NCBI GenBank assembly: GCA_038134645.1
Contig: JAYPVO010000001.1
Location: forward strand, 1-57,896
Source: Paracoccaceae bacterium
GTDB taxonomy: Bacteria; Pseudomonadota; Alphaproteobacteria; Rhodobacterales; Rhodobacteraceae
Direction of reading: 5' to 3'
Length of the DNA: 57,896 nucleotides
Within the stretch, counting starts at the first letter, position 1. Each line of letters begins with the position of its first letter. A program made the translations under genes and the position numbers. The notes beneath the pieces are model-generated. The model was not told the origin of the DNA. It searched no databases and saw only the letters and a program-made list of their open reading frames with translations. This document shows positions 18,636-28,291 of the stretch, in pieces.

Positions 18636-20282
18636 TTACATGTTCGGGTAGTTTGGTCCGTCGCCGCCTTGTGGGACGGTCCAGTTGATGTTCTGCGACG
18701 GGTCTTTGATGTCGCAGGTTTTGCAGTGGACGCAGTTCTGGAAGTTCACTTGGAACTTCGGACCGTCTTCGCCCTCAAGGACCTCGTAGACCCCAGCTGG
18801 GCAATAGCGCTGCGCTGGCTCGTCGAACTTTGGCAGGTTAACCGAGATCGGCACCGAAGCGTCTTTCAGCTGAAGGTGGCAAGGCTGCGACTCTTCGTGG
18901 TTGGTAAAGCTGAAGGACACGTTGGTCAGGCGGTCAAACGACAGAACGCCATCGGGTTTCGGGTAGTCGATCTTCTGATGCTTCGATGCTTCTTCGGTTG
19001 AAGCAGCGTCGGTTTTGCCGTGACGCAGGGTGCCAAAGAACGAGAAGCCGAGCGTGTTGGTCCACATATCCAGACCACCCAGCGCCAGACCGCCCAAGAG
19101 ACCGTATTTCGACCACATCGGTTTCACGTTGCGGACCTTCTTGAGGTCTTTGCCGATCACGCCTTCGCGGACGCGGGTGTCGTAGTCGGCCAGCACATCG
19201 CCCGAACGACCCGCTTGGATCGCAGCAAATGCGGATTCCGCAGCCTCAATGCCCGAATGCATCGCGTTGTGGTTACCCTTAATGCGCGGCACGTTGACGA
19301 GGCCCGCCGAACAACCCAGCAGCGCACCACCAGGGAACGCGGTCTGCGGGATCGACTGATAGCCGCCTTCGGAAATCGCACGCGCACCATAAGCCACGCG
19401 TTTGCCGCCCTTAAGAAGTTCGGCCACCATCGGGTGGTGCTTGAACCGCTGGAATTCCATGTAAGGGAACAGGTGCGGGTTTTTGTAGTTCAGGTGAACC
19501 ACGAAGCCGACGTAAACCTGATTGTTGTCGAGGTGGTAGATGAACGAACCGCCGCCCGCTTCGGACCCCAGAGGCCAGCCCATCGTGTGGGTCACGGTGC
19601 CTTCTTTGTGCTTAGCGGGATCGATCTCCCAAATCTCTTTCATGCCGATGCCGAACTTCTGCGGGCAGTGGCCTTTGGACAGGTCGTATTTCGCCATAAC
19701 CTCTTTGGAGAGCGAACCGCGCACGCCTTCGGAGAGGAAGACGTATTTGCCGCGAAGCTCCATCCCCGGTTCGGTGTTCGGACCGTAGGACCCGTCAGCC
19801 TCAAGGCCAAAGACACCAGCAACAACGCCAGCAACTTCGCCATTTTCGCCGTAGACCAGTTCCGAACAGGACATGCCTGGGAAAATCTCGACGCCCAGTT
19901 CTTCGGCCTGTTCAGCCATCCAGCGGCAGACGTTCGCCATCGACACGATGTAGTTGCCGTGGTTGTTCATCAGCGGCGGCATCGCAGCGTTCGGCAGGCG
20001 AATTCCGCCAGCTTCGCCGAGGAAGTAGAAGTTGTCCTCTTTGACTTCGGTTTTGATCGGTGCGCCTTTGGCTTTCCAATCGGGCATCAGGCGATCAAGA
20101 CCAGAGGTGTCCAGAACCGCACCCGACAGGATGTGCGCCCCAACTTCAGAGCCCTTTTCCAGAACGACGACGCTCAGGTCGGCATCCAGTTGTTTCAGAC
20201 GGATCGCGGCCGAAAGCCCAGCAGGGCCGGCACCGACGATCACAACATCATAGTCCATTGCTTCGCGTTCGATGGCGGTCAT
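18636..20282 (-). CDS. Electron transfer flavoprotein-ubiquinone oxidoreductase
   Basis: GAGPAG FAD motif, GAHILSGA, CPAGVY, NCVHCKTCD 4Fe-4S motif; AAAGGA RBS. Confidence 0.95.
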   Translation of the reverse strand: MTAIEREAMDYDVVIVGAGPAGLSAAIRLKQLDADLSVVVLEKGSEVGAHILSGAVLDTSGLDRLMPDWKAKGAPIKTEVKEDNFYFLGEAGGIRLPNAAMPPLMNNHGNYIVSMANVCRWMAEQAEELGVEIFPGMSCSELVYGENGEVAGVVAGVFGLEADGSYGPNTEPGMELRGKYVFLSEGVRGSLSKEVMAKYDLSKGHCPQKFGIGMKEIWEIDPAKHKEGTVTHTMGWPLGSEAGGGSFIYHLDNNQVYVGFVVHLNYKNPHLFPYMEFQRFKHHPMVAELLKGGKRVAYGARAISEGGYQSIPQTAFPGGALLGCSAGLVNVPRIKGNHNAMHSGIEAAESAFAAIQAGRSGDVLADYDTRVREGVIGKDLKKVRNVKPMWSKYGLLGGLALGGLDMWTNTLGFSFFGTLRHGKTDAASTEEASKHQKIDYPKPDGVLSFDRLTNVSFSFTNHEESQPCHLQLKDASVPISVNLPKFDEPAQRYCPAGVYEVLEGEDGPKFQVNFQNCVHCKTCDIKDPSQNINWTVPQGGDGPNYPNM

Positions 20283-20365
20283 GGCATTTCCTTTTGTTCT
20301 CAGCGCGACGCGCTTGGGTAACATTCTTTCGCAAGAGGACTAAACTAGACGAAACCCTTGGGCAA

Positions 20366-21355
20366 TCACGACACGGCGTTATTTTGCTGCATTGCGACAT
20401 TTGGACGGGTTTGGCGCTTGAGAATGAGCCAAACAGCACAGACCAAAGCGACCGAAAAATACCCATCCACAGCGTAGTGCCATCCCAAATGCACCGACGC
20501 TATTTCATAAGACACTACGAGCCCAATTGCAGGCAGCGTAAGATACCTGATCCGTTCGGCGAGATAGAGACACACCACAGCGGCCATGCCGACATGAACA
20601 CTGGGGAACGCGGAAATGCCTGATGTCGCGGTGAGTGTCCCATCGACATAGCTCTCCCAGAGACGTGTTTGCGTATAGCCAATCGGTGTGTCCGCAATGC
20701 CAGATGATTTAATAACCTCAGCGAGGTCACTGAAACGGTCCGTGCCGAGCAAGGCGTCGTAGTAAATCGGTCCAGCGGACATAAACGCGAGGGCAAAGAT
20801 GTTGCCGAGCACGATCCAAGCGAAAGCATGAAGGGTCATGTACCGACGCACCCTGATCGGATCGCTGTCAAAAATGGTTAACCAAACTGGCAAGAAACAC
20901 GCGGGCAGATACCATAGGTGCGTGTAGATAAAGATCGGGATGTTAATCGGAAGCCAGTCGAAAATGGCGTGAGTGATCCGATACGGATCTGTGCTGTGTA
21001 GGGTCACATCAAGGTCAGCCATAAGTGGGTCTGCCCAAAATGCCATGGCAGAGGGGAGGGTGGCTTTGACTGAGATAAACACCAGCCAAAACGTCACGTT
21101 CGCCGTTGTAACGATGAAAATATCCAACAGTCTTTGTGTGATGTTCCCTCGGGCCGCAACGATCAAAAACACAGCCAAGATCGGAAATGACCACCACGCG
21201 AGAGCGGCGAAATGAACCATGCCTTTAGGAATACTCGCAATGAGTTCGAGTATCGCATTCAGGGGGGTTGGATGCATAAATGCGAAAAATACACTCCCGC
21301 CGACCACATAGGCCAACAGAAGGCCCAAATAGAACCTAGTGTTTGTCGAGATCAT
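20366..21355 (-). CDS. PAP2 superfamily membrane protein (AUR1/IPC-synthase-like PAP2_3 type)
   Basis: Multi-TM; SAGP, SAFPSVH and GWHYAVD motifs. Confidence 0.8.
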   Translation of the reverse strand: MISTNTRFYLGLLLAYVVGGSVFFAFMHPTPLNAILELIASIPKGMVHFAALAWWSFPILAVFLIVAARGNITQRLLDIFIVTTANVTFWLVFISVKATLPSAMAFWADPLMADLDVTLHSTDPYRITHAIFDWLPINIPIFIYTHLWYLPACFLPVWLTIFDSDPIRVRRYMTLHAFAWIVLGNIFALAFMSAGPIYYDALLGTDRFSDLAEVIKSSGIADTPIGYTQTRLWESYVDGTLTATSGISAFPSVHVGMAAVVCLYLAERIRYLTLPAIGLVVSYEIASVHLGWHYAVDGYFSVALVCAVWLILKRQTRPNVAMQQNNAVS

Positions 21356-21472
21356 AAAGCTCAGCCTTTTTTCTCAATAGTGTAGTGACAATCAAGTTGG
21401 GTGGCTATTGACTTTTGGGGTTCTGAATACGTTATGGACAGGAACTGTTTCGGATGTGCGACGGAGTAAAAT

Positions 21473-21943
21473 ATGGAAAAGATCCCGCTAACTCGGGCCG
21501 GCTTTGACAAGATTGACGCTGAACTCAAACACCTCAAGTCGGTGGAACGTCCTGCGATCATTCAGGCCATTGCTGAAGCGCGTGCGCTGGGCGATCTGTC
21601 CGAAAACGCGGAGTATCACTCTGCGAAAGAAAAACAGTCGTTCATCGAGGGTCGCATTAAAGAACTCGAAGGCGTTCTGTCTCTCGCCGAAGTTATCGAC
21701 CCGACAAAACTGTCCGGCACGATCAAATTTGGTGCTACCGTTGAGTTGGTTGATGAGGACACCGACGAAGAACGTAAGTATCAGATCGTTGGTGAATACG
21801 AGGCCGACCTTGAGAACGGCAAGCTGAACATCAAATCGCCACTCGCGCGCGCTTTGATCGGTAAAGACGAAGGTGACAGCGTTGAAGTGCGCACACCTGG
21901 CGGCGACCGCAGCTACGAAATTCTGTCGGTCCTCTTCGTTTAA
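21473..21943 (+). CDS. greA: Transcription elongation factor GreA
   Basis: [25 protein letters not shown]. Confidence 0.97.
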   Translation: MEKIPLTRAGFDKIDAELKHLKSVERPAIIQAIAEARALGDLSENAEYHSAKEKQSFIEGRIKELEGVLSLAEVIDPTKLSGTIKFGATVELVDEDTDEERKYQIVGEYEADLENGKLNIKSPLARALIGKDEGDSVEVRTPGGDRSYEILSVLFV

Positions 21944-21962
21944 CGCTGGAAGGCGGCACGCC

Positions 21963-22952
21963 ATGGGCACTGGTCTAGGCAAAGCTAAAGAAACCAAAGA
22001 CGAACCCCGCTCTCTCTCGAGTGCGGAGTTAATTGGCTATTCGGTTACGTTCATCTGGCTCGTCGGCGCGGGTGCGTTTTTCTATTTCGCACCGTCGTCT
22101 GGTGATGGGTCGATGGATAGCCTGCGGTTCGTCATGACGCTCGTTGCGTTGTTCTTGCCCGTTGCTGTCATTTGGGTCGCCGCGAGCGCGGCCCGTACCG
22201 CCCGCATCTATCGCGAAGAAACTGACCGCCTGCGTAGTTCCATTGATGACATGCGTCAGGCCCTGTCTGCGGAGCGTGAAGCGAAGTCCAAAGGGATTAC
22301 TGGGCAGGTCGAGGAAAAACTGGCTGCAATTGCTCAGTCGGCTCAAAAGACTGAAACGGTCTTGGCGACGTTTTCGTCGGCCCGCCAACAGGGTCGTGTG
22401 CAACTGCCTTTGGCCAAGCCCGAACCGTCCGACGATCAGCCCAGCCTCGCATTGGGCACGACGGCCGAAGATTTGCAGCCGCCTTTGTCGAACGCCACCC
22501 TCATCCGCGCGATAAATTTTCCAGAATCGGATCAAGATACAGACGGATTTGCGGCGCTTCGTGCTGCGCTTAAGGACCGTCAGGCCCGCCAGTTGGTTCA
22601 GGCGAGCCAAGACGTTCTTACGCTCTTGTCCCAAGATGGCATTTACATGGACGACATGCGGCCTGACCGTGCCCGTCCAGAAATTTGGCGCCGTTTCGCT
22701 AAAGGCGAACGCGGGCGCGCGACGGCTGTTTTGGGCGGTATCCGCGATCGGTCCTGTCTCGCGTTGACCTCTGCCCGTATGCGCGAAGATGCCATCTTCC
22801 GCGATGCTGCCCACCATTTCCTGCGTCGATTTGACCAGATGCTTGTGGCATTTGAACCGCAGGCAACGGACGAGGAAATAGCAGCTCTTTCTGAAACCCG
22901 AACAGCGCGTGCTTTTATGCTCGTCGGTCGTGTGACGGGCGCATTTGATTAA
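21963..22952 (+). CDS. Hypothetical membrane-anchored protein (2 TM, coiled coil, globular C-terminal domain)
   Basis: Long ORF with genome-typical codon usage; two hydrophobic helices near the N-terminus. Confidence 0.75.
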   Translation: MGTGLGKAKETKDEPRSLSSAELIGYSVTFIWLVGAGAFFYFAPSSGDGSMDSLRFVMTLVALFLPVAVIWVAASAARTARIYREETDRLRSSIDDMRQALSAEREAKSKGITGQVEEKLAAIAQSAQKTETVLATFSSARQQGRVQLPLAKPEPSDDQPSLALGTTAEDLQPPLSNATLIRAINFPESDQDTDGFAALRAALKDRQARQLVQASQDVLTLLSQDGIYMDDMRPDRARPEIWRRFAKGERGRATAVLGGIRDRSCLALTSARMREDAIFRDAAHHFLRRFDQMLVAFEPQATDEEIAALSETRTARAFMLVGRVTGAFD

Positions 22953-23037
22953 GTAACTTCTTGACCGCCGAGGGCTTGTAAATCTCGGGGTTTGAATAAA
23001 TGATCAAATTCGACATTTCACATTCTGGTTGATCTTT

Positions 23038-23757
23038 ATGACATCCTCTTCGCGTGCGCTGGCCTATCGCCAAGGTTTGACCGGCGGCCTACCTTTTATG
23101 TTCGTTGTCGTGCCCTTTGGCCTCTTGTTTGGGGTCGTCGCTCTCGACGCTGGGTTGACGCTGACCCAGACGATGGGGATGACAATGCTCGTGATTGCGG
23201 GCGCAGCCCAATTCACGGCACTTCAGATGATGGTCGATAATGCGGGGCTATGGCTAATCATTGCCGCGGCCTTGGCTGTGAACCTTCGGATGGCAATGTA
23301 CTCTGCTGCGTTGGTGCCGCATCTGGGCAAGGCTCCGCTTTGGCAGCGTGCATTGATTGCTTATATGAACTTTGACCAAACTTATGCTGTGGCGAGCATG
23401 GCCTATGAGCAGAATCCAGATTGGCCGGTTGAACGAAAGGTCACGTTCTTTTTCGGCGTAGCGACACCCATTGTGCCAACTTGGATTGCGGCGACGCTGG
23501 TTGGTGCTTTGATCGGAAAGGCAATTCCGACCGACCTCGGCATTGATTTCATTTTGCCGATCACCTTTATCGCACTCGTTGGGCCCATGCTCAAAACGAT
23601 GCCACAGATGATTGCTGCCTCTGTTTCCGCAGGTGTCGGCCTTTTACTTGCTGGCCTACCATCTGGGATGGGCCTCTTGATTGCAGCAGCATGCGCAATG
23701 GTTGTCGGAGCCTATGTTGAAATTTGGCAAGAAAAACGGAGCGCGACATGGCTGTAG
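23038..23757 (+). CDS. azlC: AzlC family branched-chain amino acid exporter
   Basis: AGAAQF, VNLR...YSA motifs; paired with azlD. Confidence 0.85.
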   Translation: MTSSSRALAYRQGLTGGLPFMFVVVPFGLLFGVVALDAGLTLTQTMGMTMLVIAGAAQFTALQMMVDNAGLWLIIAAALAVNLRMAMYSAALVPHLGKAPLWQRALIAYMNFDQTYAVASMAYEQNPDWPVERKVTFFFGVATPIVPTWIAATLVGALIGKAIPTDLGIDFILPITFIALVGPMLKTMPQMIAASVSAGVGLLLAGLPSGMGLLIAAACAMVVGAYVEIWQEKRSATWL

Positions 23758-24083
23758 ATTCTGTCTTGATCTGGACAGTCATCGGCATCTTGGCCGTCGG
23801 CACCTTCCTTATCCGATTTTCCTTTTTGGGGCTGATCGGTGATCGCCCCTTGCCGCCAATCGTCGTTCGGTTGCTCCGATTTACGCCTGTGGCTGTTATT
23901 CCTGCACTGGTCTCTCCGCAGGTCATTTGGCCAAGCGCAACGGACGGTCAGACAGATCCCATTCGCCTATTAGCGGCACTAACAACTCTGATCGTTGGAA
24001 TGATGACGCGCAAAGTGCTGCCCGCGATTGTTGCGGGGAGCGCGGTTCTGATCATTGGGCTTCAGCTTACCGCAGCGGGTTGA
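23748..24083 (+). CDS. azlD: AzlD family protein
   Basis: GTFLIRFSF, LRFTPVAVIPALV; overlaps azlC. Confidence 0.85.
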   Translation: MAVDSVLIWTVIGILAVGTFLIRFSFLGLIGDRPLPPIVVRLLRFTPVAVIPALVSPQVIWPSATDGQTDPIRLLAALTTLIVGMMTRKVLPAIVAGSAVLIIGLQLTAAG

Positions 24084-24675
24084 CCTGAATCTGATACAAC
24101 ACGTTCGCATTGTCGTCGGAATCGTCTTCACGGACTTCGCGCGTCCGAACGCCTGGCAATTTTCCGAACTGTGTTTCGAGCGTTTCGGGGAAAAATGTGA
24201 CCCGGATATCTTCAAACCCCGGCAGGGATTTCAGGATGGCCGAGGTCGATCGGGCGCAATTGGCTTTCTGCACTGCGCCATGTGACATCACAGCCCGAAG
24301 GGCACGTTCTGCAACATCGGCAGAGACATCGAGTTCTTGGACGACGGTGTAGAACGTCGCGCGTGAATGGTATGAGATGTAGTACGCTTCGATCTGTGGC
24401 GTGACACCGATGATGACATCGTTACGTTCAGGGATCGAAGGGTGTTTGAACGATCCTGCGGGGTCCCAAATAACCCGTTCGGATGCGTTGACCAAGAGGC
24501 TCGTATGAGCACCGCGACCCGAGCCTACGTTGCGCATGGTCATAAGGGTAAGGCGGGGCGGGCCATCGTGATGATAGCGCATGCTGGCGACCTGATTGTC
24601 AGGTGCCCAAACAGGTTCGGCGGCGCAACCAGCTAATGCCAGCGGCGCGCCTATCAAAAATGATCGCCGATCCAT
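24067..24675 (-). CDS. Lipoprotein, possible permuted papain-like peptidase
   Basis: RRSFL + LAGC lipobox; AHTSL His and NCA Cys motifs. Confidence 0.7.
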   Translation of the reverse strand: MDRRSFLIGAPLALAGCAAEPVWAPDNQVASMRYHHDGPPRLTLMTMRNVGSGRGAHTSLLVNASERVIWDPAGSFKHPSIPERNDVIIGVTPQIEAYYISYHSRATFYTVVQELDVSADVAERALRAVMSHGAVQKANCARSTSAILKSLPGFEDIRVTFFPETLETQFGKLPGVRTREVREDDSDDNANVLYQIQVNPLR

Positions 24676-24713
24676 CAAAGCGCGCCCCCAAGCGCGAGTT
24701 TGTGACTTGCTGA

Positions 24714-24848
24714 TTAGCCGTTAATCAGAGCAAGCAACACCAGTGCGACAATACAGATTGTCGCGACGCGGGTTGAGAATTTTACGAAGCCTGCAAAGTT
24801 TGCTTCGTGGGTGCTGGCGTCCATGGTGCCGTGCTTGTGTTCAGCCAT
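24714..24848 (-). CDS. ctaH: aa3-type cytochrome c oxidase subunit IV (44 aa)
   Basis: Manually translated MAEHKHGTMDASTHEANFAGFVKFSTRVATICIVALVLLALING; H.HG.MD...HE..F.GF motif; AAGGAG RBS. Confidence 0.85.
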   Translation of the reverse strand: MAEHKHGTMDASTHEANFAGFVKFSTRVATICIVALVLLALING

Positions 24849-24929
24849 GTGAGGCTCCTTCTCGAATTCTGTTCGCTTTGCGCGTGGATAGACGATTCAA
24901 TTGTTTCTGTCACGATGTCAAAATGTCCA

Positions 24930-25397
24930 TCATGACGTCGTTTCGAGGTCTTTCGCCAATTCGAACCCGATCCTTGCAGGCTCTGCTTGCTCGGTTGGCT
25001 TAGGCAGCGCCATCAACATCACATTAAGCTGTGTCACATGTTGGATCAGTTGCGTGCGCGTCCCTGATTCCGTGCTGCCAAAGAACGTGACGATGTCGGG
25101 ATCAAAATAACCGAGCCCCTCGATCCGCATCACACCTGCGTCCGAGCCAGTAAAGCCCATCGCGACTTCTTGGTCCGCATTGAGCTGTTTTTCGAAGTTT
25201 TGGATGTAGAGGATAAGCCGCTCGTAGGCCCATCGCGCCGCGCTTTTTTCTTCGCCATTGTTTTGTAGGTTTGAAGGGATTTGCGTTGGTGCTGCAGACT
25301 GCGCTGCAGGGTTTACGTGCACTTCGTGAAGTGTGGGTAGGATCGCGTTCTCGACGTATTCAGCCGAGGTTTCGATGGTATCGGAAAGTTCGCTCAT
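24930..25397 (-). CDS. DUF6173-like conserved protein
   Basis: RLILYIQNFEKQL, G.FDPDIVTF.G, QLIQHVTQLNV, RIGF motifs. Confidence 0.75.
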   Translation of the reverse strand: MSELSDTIETSAEYVENAILPTLHEVHVNPAAQSAAPTQIPSNLQNNGEEKSAARWAYERLILYIQNFEKQLNADQEVAMGFTGSDAGVMRIEGLGYFDPDIVTFFGSTESGTRTQLIQHVTQLNVMLMALPKPTEQAEPARIGFELAKDLETTS

Positions 25398-25445
25398 TGG
25401 TGCCCCCATTGTCAGAGGCTACACTAACCTGCCACAACCTGAGGT

Positions 25446-26483
25446 CTAGACCCGTCGCCAAAGCCATGCGCCATCAGGTCCCATTTCACGGGTTACGCGG
25501 CCTTGTTTCAGAAGGTGGTTTAGATGGGCAACCGTTTCGACAAAGGCTAATCCGTATTGGTTTCCTGTGATCTCGCGTTTGAACAGCGGGACAAAGCAAT
25601 CACCGCCCACGCGAGGTGTCGAAAGATGTTCTTCGATGCGGTTTAGCGCACCTTCGTGGTTTTCGATCAATTGCTGAAGCCGAGTTGGTAGCCCGAAGTA
25701 GGGCAGCTTATGTCCGCCCAGAACGAAATGCTCGTGGTTAGCGATCTGCGCGAACTGACGGCAGGACCAGAACCATTCGCCCAATGGATCGCCTTCGGGT
25801 TCGGTCGGGTAGACTCCGATATTCGGGCTGATGGATGGCAACAGCTGATCACCGCCCAGAACGAGGGCGTCATCGCGGCTCCAGAATGTTGCGTGTTCTG
25901 GCGCGTGTCCGTCGCCCATCCGAATGTCCCACATGCGACCGCCCATCGTGATCGTGTCGCCATCGCAAATGCGTGTGTAGCCCGCAGGGAGCGGCAAAAC
26001 GCAATCGGCAAAGTTAAACGGGCGTTCCGTTTCGCGTTTCTTGAGGACATCGGCTGCCATGCCATTGCGCCGATAAAATGCGAGGTTATGGGCCGAGTAG
26101 TTGGGTTGCTCATCCATAGTGAGCATGCGCGTCAAAAGGTAAGCCGTGCGGGGCATCACAAGTTCAGCGCCGAGGTCCGTCAGCCATCCAGCCAAGCCCA
26201 CATGGTCGGGGTGGTGGTGGGTCAGAACGACCCGCGTGATCGGCTTGCCAGCCAGAGGCCCCGCCATCGCGGCTTCCATCGCGGCACGACATTTCCGTGT
26301 GTTGATGCCAGCATCAATGAGCGTCCAGCCATCGCCTTCGTCCAGCGCGTAGACGTTTACATGGTCGAGCGCCATCGGCAGCGGAAGGCGAATCCATAGG
26401 ACGCCTTCGGCTACTTCAATGGCCGCACCATTTTCGGGCGGTGTTTCGTGCGGATAGCGGATCAGGCTTTTGCTGCCGTCCAT
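25446..26483 (-). CDS. MBL-fold metallo-hydrolase
   Basis: THHHPDHVG, GHAPEH, GGH metal motifs. Confidence 0.9.
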   Translation of the reverse strand: MDGSKSLIRYPHETPPENGAAIEVAEGVLWIRLPLPMALDHVNVYALDEGDGWTLIDAGINTRKCRAAMEAAMAGPLAGKPITRVVLTHHHPDHVGLAGWLTDLGAELVMPRTAYLLTRMLTMDEQPNYSAHNLAFYRRNGMAADVLKKRETERPFNFADCVLPLPAGYTRICDGDTITMGGRMWDIRMGDGHAPEHATFWSRDDALVLGGDQLLPSISPNIGVYPTEPEGDPLGEWFWSCRQFAQIANHEHFVLGGHKLPYFGLPTRLQQLIENHEGALNRIEEHLSTPRVGGDCFVPLFKREITGNQYGLAFVETVAHLNHLLKQGRVTREMGPDGAWLWRRV

Positions 26484-28183
26484 TACGCTGCCAGATCGTC
26501 GGGCGAAATCGCCATAAGATCATCGCTGCCTTCGCGAACGTGGGCGCATAGGCTCACATGTTCAGGCAGCAGGCGTTTGATATAGAACGCGGCCAGTTTC
26601 TTACGAGTTTCGTCGCCTTTGAGAGCAGCAGTCAGGTGGTAGTGGCCACCCAGCACACGAGCGAAGGCGCGCAGGTAAGGAACGGAGACGGCAAAGCGAT
26701 CCGTCATGTCTTGGCCGACCAGCCATTCCGTCGTCTCGCGCAGCGTTTCTGCGGATTGCCAGACGGCTTCGGCCAGTTCAGGCAGGCTCGCTTTTGCGGC
26801 GTCTGCACCAGCTTCGACCTCGTCGAGAAGGCGATAGGCGGCATCACCACCGTCCATCATTTTACGACCGACTAGGTCCATCGCTTGAATGCCGTTGGTG
26901 CCCTCGTAAATCGCGGTCACACGAACGTCGCGTAGATATTGGGCCGCGCCTGTTTCCTCGACAAAACCCATCCCGCCGTGAACTTGGATACCCGTATTGG
27001 CCACCTCGATACCGACATCGGTGCCAAAAGCCTTGGCAATCGGTGTGAGCAGGGCTGCGCGCGCTTTCCATTTGTTGGCGTCGGTCGCGATACCCATATC
27101 GATTGCAGTGCCGCAGGCCATCGCGATGGCGCGAGCGGTAAAGATCTCTGCCTTCATCGTTGCCAGCATGCGGCGCACATCAGGGTGTTCGACGATTGTG
27201 CCCGTGCCGCCCACTTTGCCTTGTTTGCGGTCCATCGCGTAGGCCAATGCAGCCTGATACGCGGCTTCGGCGATCCCGATGCCTTGGGTGCCGACACCCA
27301 AACGGGCGTTGTTCATCATGGTGAACATCGCTGCCATGCCGCCGTTTTCGGGGCCAACCAGCCAGCCACGCGCACCTTCATAGCTCATCACAGCAGTCGG
27401 GGAGCCGTGGAGACCCAATTTGTGCTCAAGGCTCACAACGCGCAGGCTGTTACGTTCGCCCAAGGTGCCGTCCGCGTTCGGGATGAATTTGGGAACGATA
27501 AAGAGGCTGATCCCCTTGGTGCCAGGCACACCATCGGGCAGGCGCGCCAGAACAAGATGACAGATGTTTTCGCTGAAATCGCTATCACCCCAAGTGATGT
27601 AGATTTTTTGACCCGTAATCGCAAAGCTGCCGTCGCCTAGTGGTTCAGCCTTCGACGACAGAGCACCAACGTCCGAACCTGCTTGAGGCTCGGTCAGGTT
27701 CATTGTGCCAGTCCATTCGCCCGAAATCAGTTTGGGGAGGTAAAGTTCTTTGATCTCGTCGCTGGCGTGATGTTCCAGCGCTTCAATCTGGCCTTGGGTT
27801 AGGAGCGGGTTGAGGTGAAGCGATAGGCAGGCCCCCGACAGCATGTCATTGATCGCTGTGCCAATCGCGACAGGAAGCCCCATGCCGCCATGTTCAGGGT
27901 TCGCACAAACGCCGATCCAGCCACCTTCGGCGATGGCGGAGAAGGCTTCGGCGAAACCGGGGGATGTCCGAACGACACCGTTTTCGAGTTTCGCTGGATG
28001 CAGGTCGCCATTCCGTTGCACGGGATAGATGACTTCGTCACAGAGCTTCCCAGCTTCGCCCAAGATGGCATCGACGAGATCAGGCGTGGCCTCTTCGTAT
28101 TTGTCTGTTTGCGCAACAGCGTCAAAATCGACAATGTGATCCATGATGAACCGAAAATCGGAAACGGGGCTACGATACGGCAT
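26483..28183 (-). CDS. Acyl-CoA dehydrogenase (DmdC/long ACAD subfamily)
   Basis: MNLTEPQAGSD, GQKIYIT, EHKLG.HGSPT, QVHGGMG, IYEGTNGIQAMDL. Confidence 0.9.
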   Translation of the reverse strand: MPYRSPVSDFRFIMDHIVDFDAVAQTDKYEEATPDLVDAILGEAGKLCDEVIYPVQRNGDLHPAKLENGVVRTSPGFAEAFSAIAEGGWIGVCANPEHGGMGLPVAIGTAINDMLSGACLSLHLNPLLTQGQIEALEHHASDEIKELYLPKLISGEWTGTMNLTEPQAGSDVGALSSKAEPLGDGSFAITGQKIYITWGDSDFSENICHLVLARLPDGVPGTKGISLFIVPKFIPNADGTLGERNSLRVVSLEHKLGLHGSPTAVMSYEGARGWLVGPENGGMAAMFTMMNNARLGVGTQGIGIAEAAYQAALAYAMDRKQGKVGGTGTIVEHPDVRRMLATMKAEIFTARAIAMACGTAIDMGIATDANKWKARAALLTPIAKAFGTDVGIEVANTGIQVHGGMGFVEETGAAQYLRDVRVTAIYEGTNGIQAMDLVGRKMMDGGDAAYRLLDEVEAGADAAKASLPELAEAVWQSAETLRETTEWLVGQDMTDRFAVSVPYLRAFARVLGGHYHLTAALKGDETRKKLAAFYIKRLLPEHVSLCAHVREGSDDLMAISPDDLAA

Positions 28184-28291
28184 CTGATGTCCTTCACTTC
28201 ACAGGATTGGCCAAAGACTGGTCAGTCTATTCCACTTTTTCAAAGAGTAGGGTAGCCATGCCCTCCGACCCCGCAACTGAAACGCAGCGTC

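Noticed and set aside
19020-20321. 433-aa antisense ORF over ETF-QO
   Set aside because: Same codon-bias shadow; the opposite strand is a clear enzyme.
21420-21434. GTTC-N7-GTTA LexA-like box before greA
   Set aside because: One mismatch, single copy, and greA is not an expected SOS gene; likely chance.
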